Assembly (NCBI RefSeq): GCF_009834535.1
Contig: NC_045696.1
Span: 42,844,001 to 42,908,000, forward strand
Source: Camelus ferus
Taxonomy: Eukaryota
Reading direction: 5' to 3'
Length of the DNA: 64,000 nucleotides
The translations under genes were made by a program, and so were the position numbers. Below the pieces are notes generated by a model. That model searched no databases. It was given only the letters and a program-made list of their open reading frames with translations, and was not told the DNA's origin. This document shows, in pieces, positions 10,690 through 23,412 of the stretch (position 1 is the first letter of the stretch; each line of letters starts with the position of its first letter).

Positions 10690-11225
10690 AGTAAAACCTT
10701 GGTTGTTCATTGCCCTTTCACTAAATTTGTCATGACAACCCATCTCTATTGGAATGGTGTCAACCTACTTTAGCACAGAATACAATGTTATTCAGGATCT
10801 TCATCATATTTCTTGACATTTGCAACCACTTCTTTTAAGCTGCCCTTTTTGTCTGCTGTAAGTTTTAACATGTAATCCACCAAGATCAAACTTGGGGCTT
10901 TGTCCCCAAAATGAAATTGAGTCATCCTACATGACTATGACTTACACTCATGTCCCTGCCTAGAACTTCTTCATTGTTGGTTTCTCTGGTTCTTCAGGGC
11001 TTACTTTGTTACCTCTTCCAGAAAGCCTTTATTGACAACCTAGGCTTGGTTTGACTACTCTTAAACATACTCCTTTATCACTCTGGGTTGATGATTCTGA
11101 CAGCACTTCAGATTGTTCCGAAATGACTGACGAGTATTTATTCCATCGGCCATGATATTTTCATCTTTGTGTCCCACAAGCTTTATCATGCTACCTATAC
11201 ATAATAAGAGCTAATAAATATTTTC
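10690..11225 (+). mobile_element. LINE-2 3' fragment
   Basis: gttacctcttccagaaagcct...; terminal aataaatattt typical of the L2 tail. Confidence 0.5.
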
Positions 11226-11374
11226 CTAACTCACCTGAAGTTATGTGAGATCACTTCTGAAATCTGTCCAAATTACACAGCTAAATTATTTACCTGGAAC
11301 AAATAGGACATTTTAAAGTTTTTAAAAATATTATTGCCATTTTCTTATTTTTATGGTTTTAGTAATGTCTCTTT

Positions 11375-12100
11375 AATGCTGATATTGGCTCTTTGCGAGG
11401 GTTTTTTTTGTTTTTTGTTTTTTTGTTTTTTATCGTCTTTGCTGAGAGTATCAGTTTTGTTAGTATAACTTCTGGCTATGTAGATCACCTTTATTTGTTT
11501 TCTGTTTTCTTATTACTTCTTTCTTTCCTCCTTCGTTCTTTGACTTTCTTCATCCTTTTCTTGTTATTCTTCTATCTTAGAGTCCTGCTTAGAGGATTAA
11601 TTTTTCAGCCTTATTATTTTCTAATGTGTTTATATCTATAAATTTTTCTCTAAGCCAGTTTATAGCTGGACCTTGCAAAATCTAATTGCTATTATTTAAT
11701 TCAAAATATTTTATAACTCCCATTCTGATTTCTTGACCTCAGGTTATTTAGAATTGTACTGCTTAATTTCAAAATATAAGCATATCTTCTCATTAACATT
11801 TTATTACTGATTTCTAGCTTAATTGCTTTATGGTCAAAGAACATAATTTGTATAATTTTAATCCTTTTTAGAGACTTACTGTATGGCACTAAAAAGGACC
11901 AACTTTGATAAATGTTTAATGTGAAGCTGAGTAACATGTATTATGCTATTTCTGTCTGCACGTTCTGTAATTATCAGTTGACTCAATTTTGTTAATCATT
12001 ATGTTCAAATATTATGCATCTTTTTTTCCTTTGTATCCTATCAGTAGTGACAGTGTTGCTAAAATATCTCATTTACTTGGGGAGTTGTCTATTTCTTAGA
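11375..12100 (-). mobile_element. Old L1 ORF2 endonuclease-region remnant, antisense
   Basis: ORF 11701-11937(-) contains KRIKIIQIMFFDHKAIKLEISNK...LKLSSTILNN, matching L1 EN (FSDHNxIKLEIN...WKLNNxLLNN). Confidence 0.8.
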
Positions 12101-13204
12101 TCTAGGTCACCTCTCCTGCCTTGTCTCTTCTTTTAAATCTTTGACATAAAACTTTCTTGCAATGAGTTCATTTTTAAAGAAATTTTGTCTACTTTTCTAC
12201 TTTTAAAAATTTACCTAGCTTACAAATTTGTATAATACAATCTACTCAGCCATTGTCAGAGGTCCTGGGTGGCTTTTAAAATCACAGATTATCTTTAGTT
12301 TCTAATACAGCAGGGTCAATTCAAATTTATTCTTATCAATCAAATTTGATATTTCTGGTTAGAAATCTATTTTTATATTTTCACATTTTCCCCTTAGAGT
12401 TGCTTCTAATATTTTATCTTCTAACTGTATATTAAGATTCACATGATGTATCTGATTATTTCATTTTGGAAAGAGTATGCTTTGTTCTTAATAAATAAAA
12501 ATAAAAATAATGGAAAATTTAAAATCCAAGTTTAACTTAGAGTGAGTCCTGGTGGGTTAGAAACTGAGTACAAATGAAAGAACCTTAAGATATTTTGACG
12601 ACTCTATTCTAATGAAATAACTATAGCATAAATACAAGGTATACAATTTCTGTGCACTAATTTTGAGAAGATTTGTATCTTTATGTGATTGAATTTCCAT
12701 TCAGGAATGCTATACATTTCTTTGATTGATGATTCTTTTGAGTATCTTACAGTAGACTTTTCTATAATTCATTGCTGGCTTTTCAAACACAAATTTGTAA
12801 ATTTCTTGGTCAGGTTTCCTGGGAAGTTAATACATGTTGCTAACATTAGTTATTTCTGACTGTTCCCCCACCATTATATGTTCCAAAGGGTTAAGATCAC
12901 TATGTAGAAAAAAAACCATGTTTTTAGACCACCCTGTTGCCTTAGCGATTTTGTACAAGATTTTTTTTTTCCTTTTTCCCCTTATGGAACAAACTTTCCA
13001 AACCTACTTACTCATCTGAAAATCTCTTATTCACCATTCAGTTTTTGGCTTACCATTGCTTTTCATTAAGAATTCTTTCCTGATTTTTTGAGGTTTGGGC
13101 AAGGGCCCATTCTTCTACTCTACTTGACTTATGATTTGTAACTCACTGTATTGTAATTACTTAAGATTAGTAGTTTTATATATAAAATAATTGGAAAGGA
13201 CATT

Positions 13205-13320
13205 TTTTTCTCCTAAAATAAAGAGGCCCGTGATTCAGTAGTTCTGAGATGTGGCTCATGCTTGTGTATTTGGCAGGAGCCTCCTCAGGTGATTCCAGAG
13301 CATCCCCGGCAGATGACTGC
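13205..13320. mobile_element. MER5-like hAT fragment
   Basis: tgattcagtagttctgagatgtggctc...ctcaggtgattc. Confidence 0.45.
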
Positions 13321-13654
13321 TGCTGTGGAGAAGCTCCTTGTAGAAGAGAGTCTGACAGCCTGACTGTTTCATCGTTAAGTAACAGAGTATTTGGCACACA
13401 AGCACCCAGTACTCACTTACCTGATGGAGAATAAACCAAGTATTGATTTCTTAACATGTATTTTATAGTCAGCCACCTTAATGCTCTTCTTAAGGCAGTC
13501 AGCATGGTCAGTGTTAAATACTCTTCCTATTTCTCTTTATTATGGAGTTACATTGACTAAGAACTCCAGAACAAAGTTAAATTACGTTAGTATAAGGCTT
13601 CATTTTTGTGTGGTTTCTTACATGAAAGTGGATTAAAAATGTTTTAATTTCATA

Positions 13655-16600
13655 TTTTTTCTAGTTTTATTGAGATGTAACATTGTTAGTATACAATGTG
13701 ATGATCTGATATATGTACATATTGCAAAATGGCTGTCACAGTAAGAAGAGTTAACATATCCATCACCTTATACAGTTACCAGTTTTATGTGTGTGAGAAC
13801 TTTTAAGATTTGCTACTCTTAGCATCTTTGAAGTATGACACAGTATTGTTAACTATGGCCACCATGCTGTGCATTACATTTCCCAGAACTTACATATCTT
13901 ATAACGGGAAATTTGTACCCTTTGACCAGCCACCTTCATGTATTTCCCCCACCTCCCAGCCCCTTGTAACCACCAATCTACTCTCTTTCTGTGAGTTCAG
14001 TTCCTTTTTTGTTTTTGTTTTTTTTCAGATTCCACATATAAGTGATACTATATTGTATTTGTCTTTCTCTGTTGACTAGTTTCACATAGCATAATGTACT
14101 CAAGGTTCATACATATTGGCACAAATGACAGGGTTTTTCTTTCTCATGGCTGAATAACATTTCATTATATAATCTAATTTTCTTTATCCATTCATTGATG
14201 GACACAAGTTGTTTTCATGTCTTGGCTGTTGTAAACAATTAGTGAACATGGGGGGTGGGAAGGTATCTCTTTGAGACTGTGCTTTTTGACAGTAGCCACT
14301 CTAACAGGTGTAAGGTTATAGCTCATTATGGTTCGTATTACCATTTCCCTGATAATTAGTCAGGTTGAGCACCTTTCATTTGCATGTTGAAAAGTTGAAT
14401 ATCTTTGAAAATGACTATTCAGGTCCTTTGTCCATTTTTAAATTGAATTATTAGGTGTTTTACACTCAAGTTATGTAAGTTTGAGTACTTTGAGTGTTGA
14501 CCCAGACAAAGAGATTGCAAATATTTTCTCTGATTCCATACATTGCCTTCTCATTTTGTTCATCTTTTTTTTTTACCGAAACTTCTTAGTTCGATGTAGT
14601 CACACTTGCTCTTGTTGCTTGTGCTTTTGGTGTCATGCATGAAAAATCATTGCTAAGGCAAATGTCAGAGTTGTTCCCTATGTGTAAGTTTAGCTTCCCC
14701 TGCCCCTCCCCCCTTTTTTCTGGTTATTATTTACTAGAAATAATTGTTTCTACCCCTTCATGTGCAACCTATGTGTGTACTTAAAGGTAAAGTGAGTTTT
14801 TTGTAGGCAGTATATTGGATCTTGTTTTTTATCCATTCATCTATTCTGTGTCTTTTTACTGGACAATTTAGTCCACTTTAAAGTATTTATAGATAAGGAT
14901 TTACTATTGAAATTTTATTTTCCTGACTGTTCTGTAGATTGTTTCTTGCTTCTTTTCCTACTTTGTCTTTTTTGTGATAACTTTTTGACGTACAGTTTGA
15001 CTCCTTTACCATAATATTTTATTTATCTACTATAGGTTTTTTCTTTGGGGTTACCATGAGCATTGCATAAAATGTCTTAGAGTTAAAATATCCTTTTTTA
15101 AGTTGATAAAAACCTGACATTGATAGCATATAGGAATTTATACTTTTCCCTCTCCTCAGATTTTAGGTTATTGATGTTACAAGCTACACCTTTTGTATTG
15201 TGCATCCCAAACCAAGTTATTAGACTTGTTTTTAATACACTCTTATTTTTTAAACCATAGTTGTGATTTACATACCACCATTACAATATTAGAGAATCTG
15301 ATTTAGAGTATTTATCTTTACTAATGAGTATATTTATTAGTTTCCTTTGGTGTCGTGTTTACCTGATTCTGCGTGATCCTTGTAGGCTTGCACTGGCATC
15401 TGTGCATTTAAGTAAGCAGTCTTCTCTTCCAGACTTGACAGGTTTGTTTCTGCAGGAAGAGACCATCACCAGTCAGACCAGCTTAGGGTACTGGATGGCT
15501 CGGCTGGTAGCACCTACAGGCAGGCAAGGCGTGTGGCTGGGGTTTCTGGGTGGGCAACACCACTACCTGTGTTTGAACTGGGAGAGGGTACTGCTGATTG
15601 GGTTCTACAGCTGGATGAGCTTACTAGCAGAGCTCTGAGTTTGAGTTCAAGTGAGGCCACAGGATGGGCTCCCAGTTGGGTGGGGCTGCTAGCTGTCCTC
15701 TGTGATCGGTGGGGTGACTAGCTGGGCTCTGCTCTCACCCCTGATGGGGCAGAGTTCCAGACTGTGTTTCCTAGTAAAATGGTGCTACTGGCTGGACTCT
15801 GTGACTGGACAGGGCTACAGGCTGGGCTCTGTGATCACTCCTGGATGGGCGGAGCCTCCAGCTGTGCTCTCCAACTGGCTGTGCTACTGACTGGACTCCT
15901 TGTTCAAGCAGGGCTTTGTCCTTGGTCAGAGCCTCAGGTTGTGCCCTGCAATCTGGTGGAGCCACAAGCTGTGCCCTAAGTTGGGCAGGGATGGAAGCTG
16001 GGTTTCCCAATCCCTATGTTTGGGTGAGGTCACTGGCCTGACTCTCTTTTGGGTGGGGTCTCCAACTTCATCCTGCTTGGATGGGGCTAAAGACTGTGCC
16101 CAGTGGTGGGCAGGGTCACTGGCTGGGCTGCTGTCTGGGCAGGCCTCGCTGTGTTCAGTAATCAAGCAGGGCCTTAGGCTGGGCTCAGAGGCTGCCTAGG
16201 CTCACTGTTCAGACTTCCTGGTTCTATGAGGTTGGAGGCTATGCTCAGTGGTTGGGTTGACTCACTGCCTGACTGTCAGCTAGTCTCTCTGGCCAGATGG
16301 GGCAACTGGATCAGTTCTGCAGATACCCAGAGCTGCTGGCTGGAATCCTAATTGGGCGCTGTAAGCAAGAATGCAGTCCACCAAGATCTGAGCACTAGTT
16401 GATATAAGGCCCTCCCTTCTTCTCGGTGTCTGATTCCCAGCGGTTGAGCCCTGCAGATTGCCCCAGAGAGACCCCGTGAGAAAAGACCCCAGTGGGCATC
16501 CTAGAAAGCGTCCCACAACACTGAGGGAGCCGGATGTCCATCTTGAGCTCTTTTTCACCTAGAGAAAACCCTCTTGTTCCAGTGCTGTGCTGGCCTGGGA

Positions 16601-16800
16601 GATGGGTGATGTGGTCAAAATGAAATTGCTCCCCTTTCCCATTTAATGCTGACCTTCTCTATCCAGGGGGCGCTTCGGCCTGACTCTGTTTCTGGGATTG
16701 TCACAACGGTCGTGTCTATGGATAGTTGCTAGTTGGTCTGTTGATGAGGAAGACCAAAGTGGGGGATAACATCTAAGCCGTCATTGTGATGAACGCCTCC
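13655..16800 (-). mobile_element. L1MA8/9-like LINE-1 with both termini and large internal deletions: 3' UTR/ORF2 end (13655-14690), ORF2 start and inter-ORF region (14700-15330), GC-rich 5' UTR (15330-16800)
   Basis: 3' end ttttattgagatgtaac..gtatacaatgtgatg; ORF2 start antisense gtgagttttttgtaggcag..ttggatcttg; 5' UTR with repeated ggctgggctc-like units ending in gccgtcattg (degenerate antisense CAAGATGGC). Older L1ME-like text flanks both sides (~13540-13650, 16800-16960). The pieces could be more than one insertion. Confidence 0.7.
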
Positions 16801-17049
16801 TTCTCTTGTTTCTTACTTGATTGCAGTGCAGTGTTTGATCACTAAGTGTCACATGACATTGACTATTATTTGGAGATTTATATTCTTAATTATTTTAATT
16901 GTATTTCTAGTCATTTACTAAGAATGTTTTTAAAAATCAAGATTGGATGTTGTGTTTCACCAGGTAAGTTCTGTACACTCTGTACATCTATGTACATAGG
17001 TAAATCCTTTCTCATTTTCATGTATTATGGTAATGTGTATCGAAAAAAT

Positions 17050-17565
17050 CCCCACACTGCCTGGAAGGAAAGGGCTAGTATCTGGTTCTGTGGCTCTTCT
17101 GTAGGTTCATGAATACCTGATGCTTTAGCTCCTGGTCAGATTATTTTTGTATCATTGACTCAAGGAATCTATAACAAACCATGGCTCCAATATAAATCAA
17201 AATCAATCAAGAACTATGTGCCAGACCAACAGCCTATACCTCATCGCTCATCCTGTTTACTGAATAACTAGTAACCAGTATTGATGAGATATAATACGAG
17301 TTAGTCATTTCTTTTGAGGGACTCCGTGACTAGTAATGTCTAAAGGGACTGTGGAACTTACGGCTTTCCTGCACTTGGATGAGCATGTGATCCCCTGTGA
17401 AATAATTCTGGGCTACAGTTGTACCTGAGAATCACAGGACCTGTACTTTGCTTTTGCTGTACATGCTACGTTGTTACCTGTCTCAGTCTTAATTCAAGCT
17501 AGGTAAATTTGTTGTTACATGAAGTTTCCTATGTGTTATGAGTTGTACTGTCAATTTGAATCCAA
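17050..17565. mobile_element. Possible old ERVL/ERV1-type LTR remnant
   Basis: LTR-like composition and U5-like text (gtaaatttgttgttacatgaagtttcctatgtgttatgagttgtactgtcaatttgaatcc); family not recognised. Confidence 0.3.
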
Positions 17566-18194
17566 GGTTACCACTGTTGATAGAACAGAGTGAACTAACA
17601 GAAACATCTTCATGTCCTAGAATAGACCTACTTGGACATGGTGTATTACTCTTACACTACCAGTTTTATCTCATTTCACTTAGAAATTGTACAGTGGTAT
17701 TCCAAAAATCTCTATATTTATTCCTTTTCTGTCACATTGCAGTTCAGGCATTTCACTAGCTTAAATTCATTTTTTCCAATCTTAGATTTATAATTTCTAT
17801 TTTTTCTATTTTTATCAATTTTTCTACCTACATTAATTTCTCACATTATGATTTAGATGACACTTTATGCTTCCTAAAGTGAAATCTAAAGTGAAATAGT
17901 CTTTTCCTCAGGGCCTCAAGTGATGCACTCGTGCGTGTGTGCACACACATGTACACATACTTTTGATTCTAAAATGAAACTTGAAGTATATCACATACTC
18001 ACAATTGCAGGCCGTGATGGTTAGCCTCATCACACATGGCGAAAACTAAAGGCAGATTTACTTGTGTGGTGTTAATGAGCCTTCCGGTTTTGTACTGATG
18101 TCTGCCTGGGTCATACATACCCTAGTAAAAAAGTCTCAATACTGTCTCTAGGTCTGGAGTGTTGGACTTTTGTTAGTGCTGTAAATAATCAGGG

Positions 18195-18620
18195 AAGTGG
18201 ACAAAATATATAAAGCAACTCTTTTCATATATTGGATAACTAGCAGGGCCAGACTGATCAATAAAAAAAGAATAAACAAATGAAGTTTGTGCAACAACAG
18301 CTCCTGCTTTCTGCTTATGGAAGATAAATAAAAATAAATTTCTACACATGAGAAATACTGTAACTGAAATAAAATTTTTTTCTACATGGGATAGACATCA
18401 GATACACATCTGCAGAAGGAAAGATCAGTGAATCTGAGCACACAGCAATAGAGACTATCCAAATTGAAGCACAGAATAAAAAAGACAGAAGAGACAGACT
18501 CCGTGACCGCTGGAAAGACACCACACAGTGTGAGTGCCCTGTAACAGACGCCGTACTGTATAGGAACTAGGCAAATAGAAGGCTATGGAAAGACATACTG
18601 AAGACATAGGGAGGATGAGT
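18195..18620 (+). mobile_element. Old L1 5'/ORF1 (coiled-coil region) fragment
   Basis: gcagaaggaaagatcagtgaatctgag..cagcaatagagactatccaaattgaagcacaga, typical L1M ORF1. Confidence 0.7.
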
Positions 18621-19242
18621 GAGGTGCATATATACCATAAATACATTTTTTTGGTAAAAATTTGCCAAGTTGCTTTATTTTCATGGTGTAAATAGTACTG
18701 TGAGGAGGAGGACTGAATGAGGAAAAAGTTCTACAAATGAGGGGAATTGGTATAGAATATTTTAATACTATAATTTGATAAGGAAAATGGGTAAAGAAAC
18801 AATTGAAGTGTGCATTAATATTCACCCCACTCCTTGAGTTCCAGAGGAAATGTAGTTAATACAGAGCTAGGAGCTCAGTGATCCAGTGTCATAGGGAATT
18901 TAATCATCACTTGTAATAGTTCAGAGATGATACTTAGGGAAAAGGTAATTGGAAAAGAATTCTTCAGTCTAAGGAACACGTTAAAAATCTTATGTTTCCC
19001 CCCGTTTCTCCAGCTGCTTAGATCTGACGTAACTGTTGCACTTTCGCTAAGTTCAGAGGAATTTGTTCTGAGAAAGAAAGGAACGTGCTTCTATAAGGAA
19101 GCATAATACCTACTGTGCAGTATCTCCAGTTACACATTTTTAATATTTCCCATAACTTCTTTGTTTTTTGAATCCTAAATAGCCTAAGAAGTTTGCTCGA
19201 ACACAATGTTTTCTCACCAGCATCTATTTTAAAATTAATAAT

Positions 19243-20363
19243 CAAAGGCATATCCAGGTTTTGTGGTGCCTGAAGCTTATACAGTTGGGGGGAATTGCGG
19301 GGAGGGTCCTCTTCAGGAGAGGGATACAAAATTATGAATAAAATTAAATAGAGATATTGATATTTATTTAGAGTCAGATTAACAGGAAATTACAATTTTG
19401 AAAAAGCTGATAACATCATCATAAAATCCAAAAACAAAACAGGTTATTTTTTCTAGTTCTGTAATGTGTATGGTAGTTTATCTAACTTTTTGCCTCATAC
19501 TATTTGCCTCTTTTTCCCAACAAATAGTTTATCATATAATCTATAGAAAAAAGGAGTAAGGAAATTTGGCCTTTCCTCTAGTATATAAGTTTGTCTTTTA
19601 TAGCATTAATGATAGTTACTCTGTAAAATATGCTGCTTTACACAGATGTTCTTGATGTTTGTAGGACTGCTAGAGGTTTGTGACCCCACATGCAGGGATT
19701 TTCACTCAAATTTGCGCTACGTATATCTAACACGAAGCATGGCACATTTATAATTCACACACTGTTATTGAGTATATTTCTTATTGGAGTGAATTTCTCT
19801 TTTCTCAGTGTAAACTGAGTCTCCTAGTGAAAAAGTTATACACAGCTGAAAACTCGAATTTCCTAGGATCTAGTTTGTTCCCGCGCATTGCAAAACTTCC
19901 ATTCACTTTCCAGTACTTCTGAGCATGCTTCCATAGGACAAATTCTTACCTTTTACCTTTGACTTTAGTGTCTAGTTGCTGGGTGAAGCAGTATGGTGGA
20001 CTATAGGCGCATTCTTGATATTATTACATAAGTACAGCTGGCAAAAAGTTAGCCATATGTGGAAGTGATTGCAAACAACGTATAAGCATTTCATTGTGCC
20101 CGAAGTCCTTGCATTTTTTTCAAATTGGCTTTCCCTTCATTGGATCATATCACCTCAAAGCCACCAACAGGAAGGAGAGCGTGATGGAGAAGTCAAAGTG
20201 GAAAAGACAGTGATTTCAATTGATTATAGTTAAATGTCTTACTTTTGCACATGTTACAAAAACATGACCCCAGAAATAGAATGCTTGTGCCCAGCTTAGA
20301 GCTTTGAAAGTGAGGCGGCTCTGAAGCTTACGCTTCATTAGCTTTCTGTAATATCTGTCCCTG
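19243..20363 (+). mobile_element. Zaphod/MER115-like hAT-Tip100 DNA transposon deletion derivative with both ends
   Basis: Left end caaaggcatatccaggttttgtggtgcctgaagcttatacagttgggggg; right end ctgaagcttacgcttcattagctttctgtaatatctgtccctg; degenerate TIRs CAAAGGCATAT versus revcomp CAGGGACAGAT. Confidence 0.75.
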
Positions 20364-22529
20364 TTACCCACTCTCAAAATACACAAATAAGCAACATCAT
20401 AATATACGAATTTAAAAATTTGAGTGAGGAAGGGATTCTAGTCATAGTGTGTTCACAGTTGATGGCATTGTGGGATATACAGTTGGTTCATAGTAAACTC
20501 CATCCAGCTAGAATCTCATTTCCTACAGAATAACTCTTGTTAATTTTTCTTATAAGGTTCCTCTTAGAAAACAGAATTGGAGCATTTTATTATTATGCAT
20601 ACAGTTATCTCCCTACCTCAATTACTGAGTTTTTCTCTTTTTTCCCCCAAAATTGACATTGACTAAAACGACTGGTTAGTACTATCAAAAAAAAAAAAAA
20701 AAAGTTAGGCTTTACTTTGTAAACACACTTTTTTTTTCTTTCCACGTCAGAAGGATAATAGATTAATTGACTGAATTTGGGTCATCTTCTGTTCACCCCA
20801 GGATATATAATATACAGCAAAGACAACCAATAATTACCTCTAAAATTGCTATTACACGTTTTGATTGGAGGGCAGCTCGCAGATGTGACACGTTTCCCCA
20901 GGTAGCAACAACACAAATTGTCTGATGAAGGGACCTGAAAAGTCAGCTTGTCCACTAGCTTGGCCCAAGGTTTAAATTTTTTTCTGATCAGAGTTACTCG
21001 TATTTTTTTGGGGGGGGGGGGATAAACAAAGTTTATTCTAGGAAAAAGCAACTCATTGAGAGAGAAAATCATTTTCAAATATACATATATGTCCTTTTCA
21101 TTGTTCCTAAGAACAAGGTTAGAGCTTTAGCTTTTTAAAATTAAATAGTTAGCAAAGGAATAAAGACATACTTTTATTTTTAAATGTCAAATTCTCTATC
21201 ATAAAATATTCCCTTGTTTTATCAACAATGCTGGTTTGAGATTTTAGGTTGTATATTTTCTTAAACATTGTGGAATGTTGCTATCATCTACTTTATTCCC
21301 ATTTCTCATTAACATTTTAAATGTATATTTGTCTCCTGAACATGTACACTCTTGATTAATTTTGAACCCCAAACTCCTAGTTTACTGTTTTCCTTGAGAA
21401 ATGACCAAGTATGAGTCAACTTAATCATGATTTCCAGTGGAACTCAGCCTCTGTGAAGTAAGTCTCAGGATGGTTCAGGGCTATAGCCTGAAGAAAGCAT
21501 TTGGCATTTAGTGTTTGATGAAGTTTGTGGAGGCACAATTTGCTAGCCCAGGATGCTTTAGGAGGCATTGAAATTCATTAACTAGACCACACCATTTGGA
21601 AGGAATATTCCTCCTTTATTTTGCTTCAGTGTTGGATTGTGAAAAGTACTTTGGCTTTTGCCAGAAGTGACAGTTGATACCCTTTCCTGTCAATTAATAT
21701 AGGGGCCAGGTGTCTGACATGGTGGATCTGCTTTGATAACCACAGAAGAATAATGCTGATTTGCTAATGAGACTAAATAGCAGGAAGACCCACATTACAA
21801 TGGAGATGCTTTTATTTCATTACAACAAAATGTCCTAAAAGAAAATCCTGTCCATGGTAGTAATTCAATAAATTGATTGGATATTTATTCTATGAATAAG
21901 GGATCCTTTGAAAAAGAAGTTATAGACAATAATAAGGCCTACCTCCAGAAATATTTCACTAGTCCTTCTAGGCAGGTAGAATAAAATTTTCAAGTTTCAG
22001 CTCCAACTACATGTAGTAAAATTTTAGTTACTTGTTGCAAGAACTCCTAAATATGCCACTTGTCTGGAAAAGACCCATTGGTGTTGATCTGGGCTCTCAA
22101 AAGCTCTGGCAGTATGAACTGCTTTGGACAAATTATGTCGCTTCTCTGTTGGTTATTCAGTTCTGGTTTTTATCTAGACTCAGCAGTGACATTTTACAAA
22201 GACAGACATACATACGAACACATGTTAGCAGTAGAAGACTTTTTAAGAATCTCTCTGGGAGCCTCAATATATTAACAGAAAGCCACAGGTATCTGTTTAA
22301 TAGAAAATTTTGAAACTTTGATTTAAATTCTTCAATATTATAAGAATACTGGAGAAGATCCAAAGTAAACAAAAACTTAAAATTGGAGGCTACAGATGAC
22401 AAAGGCTCATAGCAGATTAGAAGATTTCTGGTTTATTCTCTTTCGTGATATCAGTATTATCCTGGTTTATATAAGCAGTAATTTGTAACTTACACCAAAT
22501 ATTTTTGTTTCTTACTTTGCATCATGGCT

Positions 22530-22650
22530 CACTATATGTAAGCTCTACCAAAACAGATACCTCCTCTGTTGCTTAATTTGTATTCTTGACACCTACAATA
22601 GGTGCTGGGAATACAGATACTTGGTGTGTTAATTTGTTGAATATATTAAT
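22530..22650 (+). mobile_element. L2 3' end
   Basis: atgtaagctc...acacctacaataggtgctgg...atttgttgaat. Confidence 0.55.
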
Positions 22651-22699
22651 GTCAAAACAATAATAATAATAATAACAACAACAATAATTATAATGGTCA

Positions 22700-22920
22700 T
22701 AACAATTACTATTTTTTGAGCATCTGTTTTTCAGAATGAACTACAGGTGAATTACAGTTGTTAACTCATTCAATACTCATAAAAACAAAGATAGGTACAG
22801 TAGTACATCCAAAAGATGAGTTAGGTTTCCCAAAGTTCAGAACCAATTTGGATCAGAACTGAAATTAAACTCTGTGCACTGTGACTCCATAGAAAATACT
22901 CTTAACTATTACTACTGCAT
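22700..22920 (-). mobile_element. MIR SINE, preceded by an (AAT/AAC)n tract
   Basis: ttttgagcatctg...aactcattcaatactcataa...tgactccatag..actcttaactatt. Confidence 0.6.
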
Positions 22921-22984
22921 TAAATCACTCAAAATGAAGTAAATTTAAAATAATTAGAATAGAATTAAAGTGAGCTGTATTTTA

Positions 22985-23120
22985 ATTAAAATTAGACAGT
23001 TTCTTCACCACACTAGTCACATTTTGAGATCTCAATAGTTACACATAACTAGTGGACACTGCATTTGACAATGCAGATATAGTACATTTCCATCGTCAAA
23101 GTTCTATTCAGCAGTGTTGA
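22985..23120. mobile_element. MER3-like hAT-Charlie fragment
   Basis: cacactagtcacatttt..tctcaatagttacac..ctagtgg..ttgacaatgcagatatag.acatttccatc..aaagttctatt. Confidence 0.75.
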
Positions 23121-23125
23121 CTATA

Positions 23126-23412
23126 GCAGGTATTGGAAACCTTTTTCTGTAAAAAGCCACATAGCCGTTCTTTCAGGCCAAACTTGTCTCTTGCAACTAC
23201 TTAACACTGCCGTTACAACGTAGCACACCCATCGATAATACTTAAAGTATGAGTCTGACTCTGTTCTGATGACATTTTATTTATAGACAATGGAATTTGA
23301 GTTTTAGATAATTACACATTTTATGAAATACTGTTCTTCAACCATTAAAAGTATAAAAACTATTCTTAGGTCAGATGATAACAGGCAGTGGGCTACAGCT
23401 TACTGATTCCTG
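23126..23412. mobile_element. MER58B-like hAT-Charlie element
   Basis: caggtattggaaacctttttctgtaaaaagcca...gcaactacttaacactgccgtt...caaccattaaaagtataaaaactattcttag...acaggcagtgggc..tgattcctg. Confidence 0.8.

Noticed and set aside
15324..16558. Cluster of overlapping ORFs in the GC-rich block, possible CpG island or gene
   Set aside because: The block is CpG-poor and consistent with an L1 5' UTR; ORFs of this length are expected at this GC content.
16945..16969. Plus-strand tgtttcacCAG|GTAAGT recursive-site-like motif
   Set aside because: It lies at the edge of a decayed L1 remnant and has a short pyrimidine tract; probably chance.
17925..17960. Alternating purine-pyrimidine tract with palindrome GTGTGTGCACACAC
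   Set aside because: An ordinary (TG)n/(CA)n microsatellite junction.
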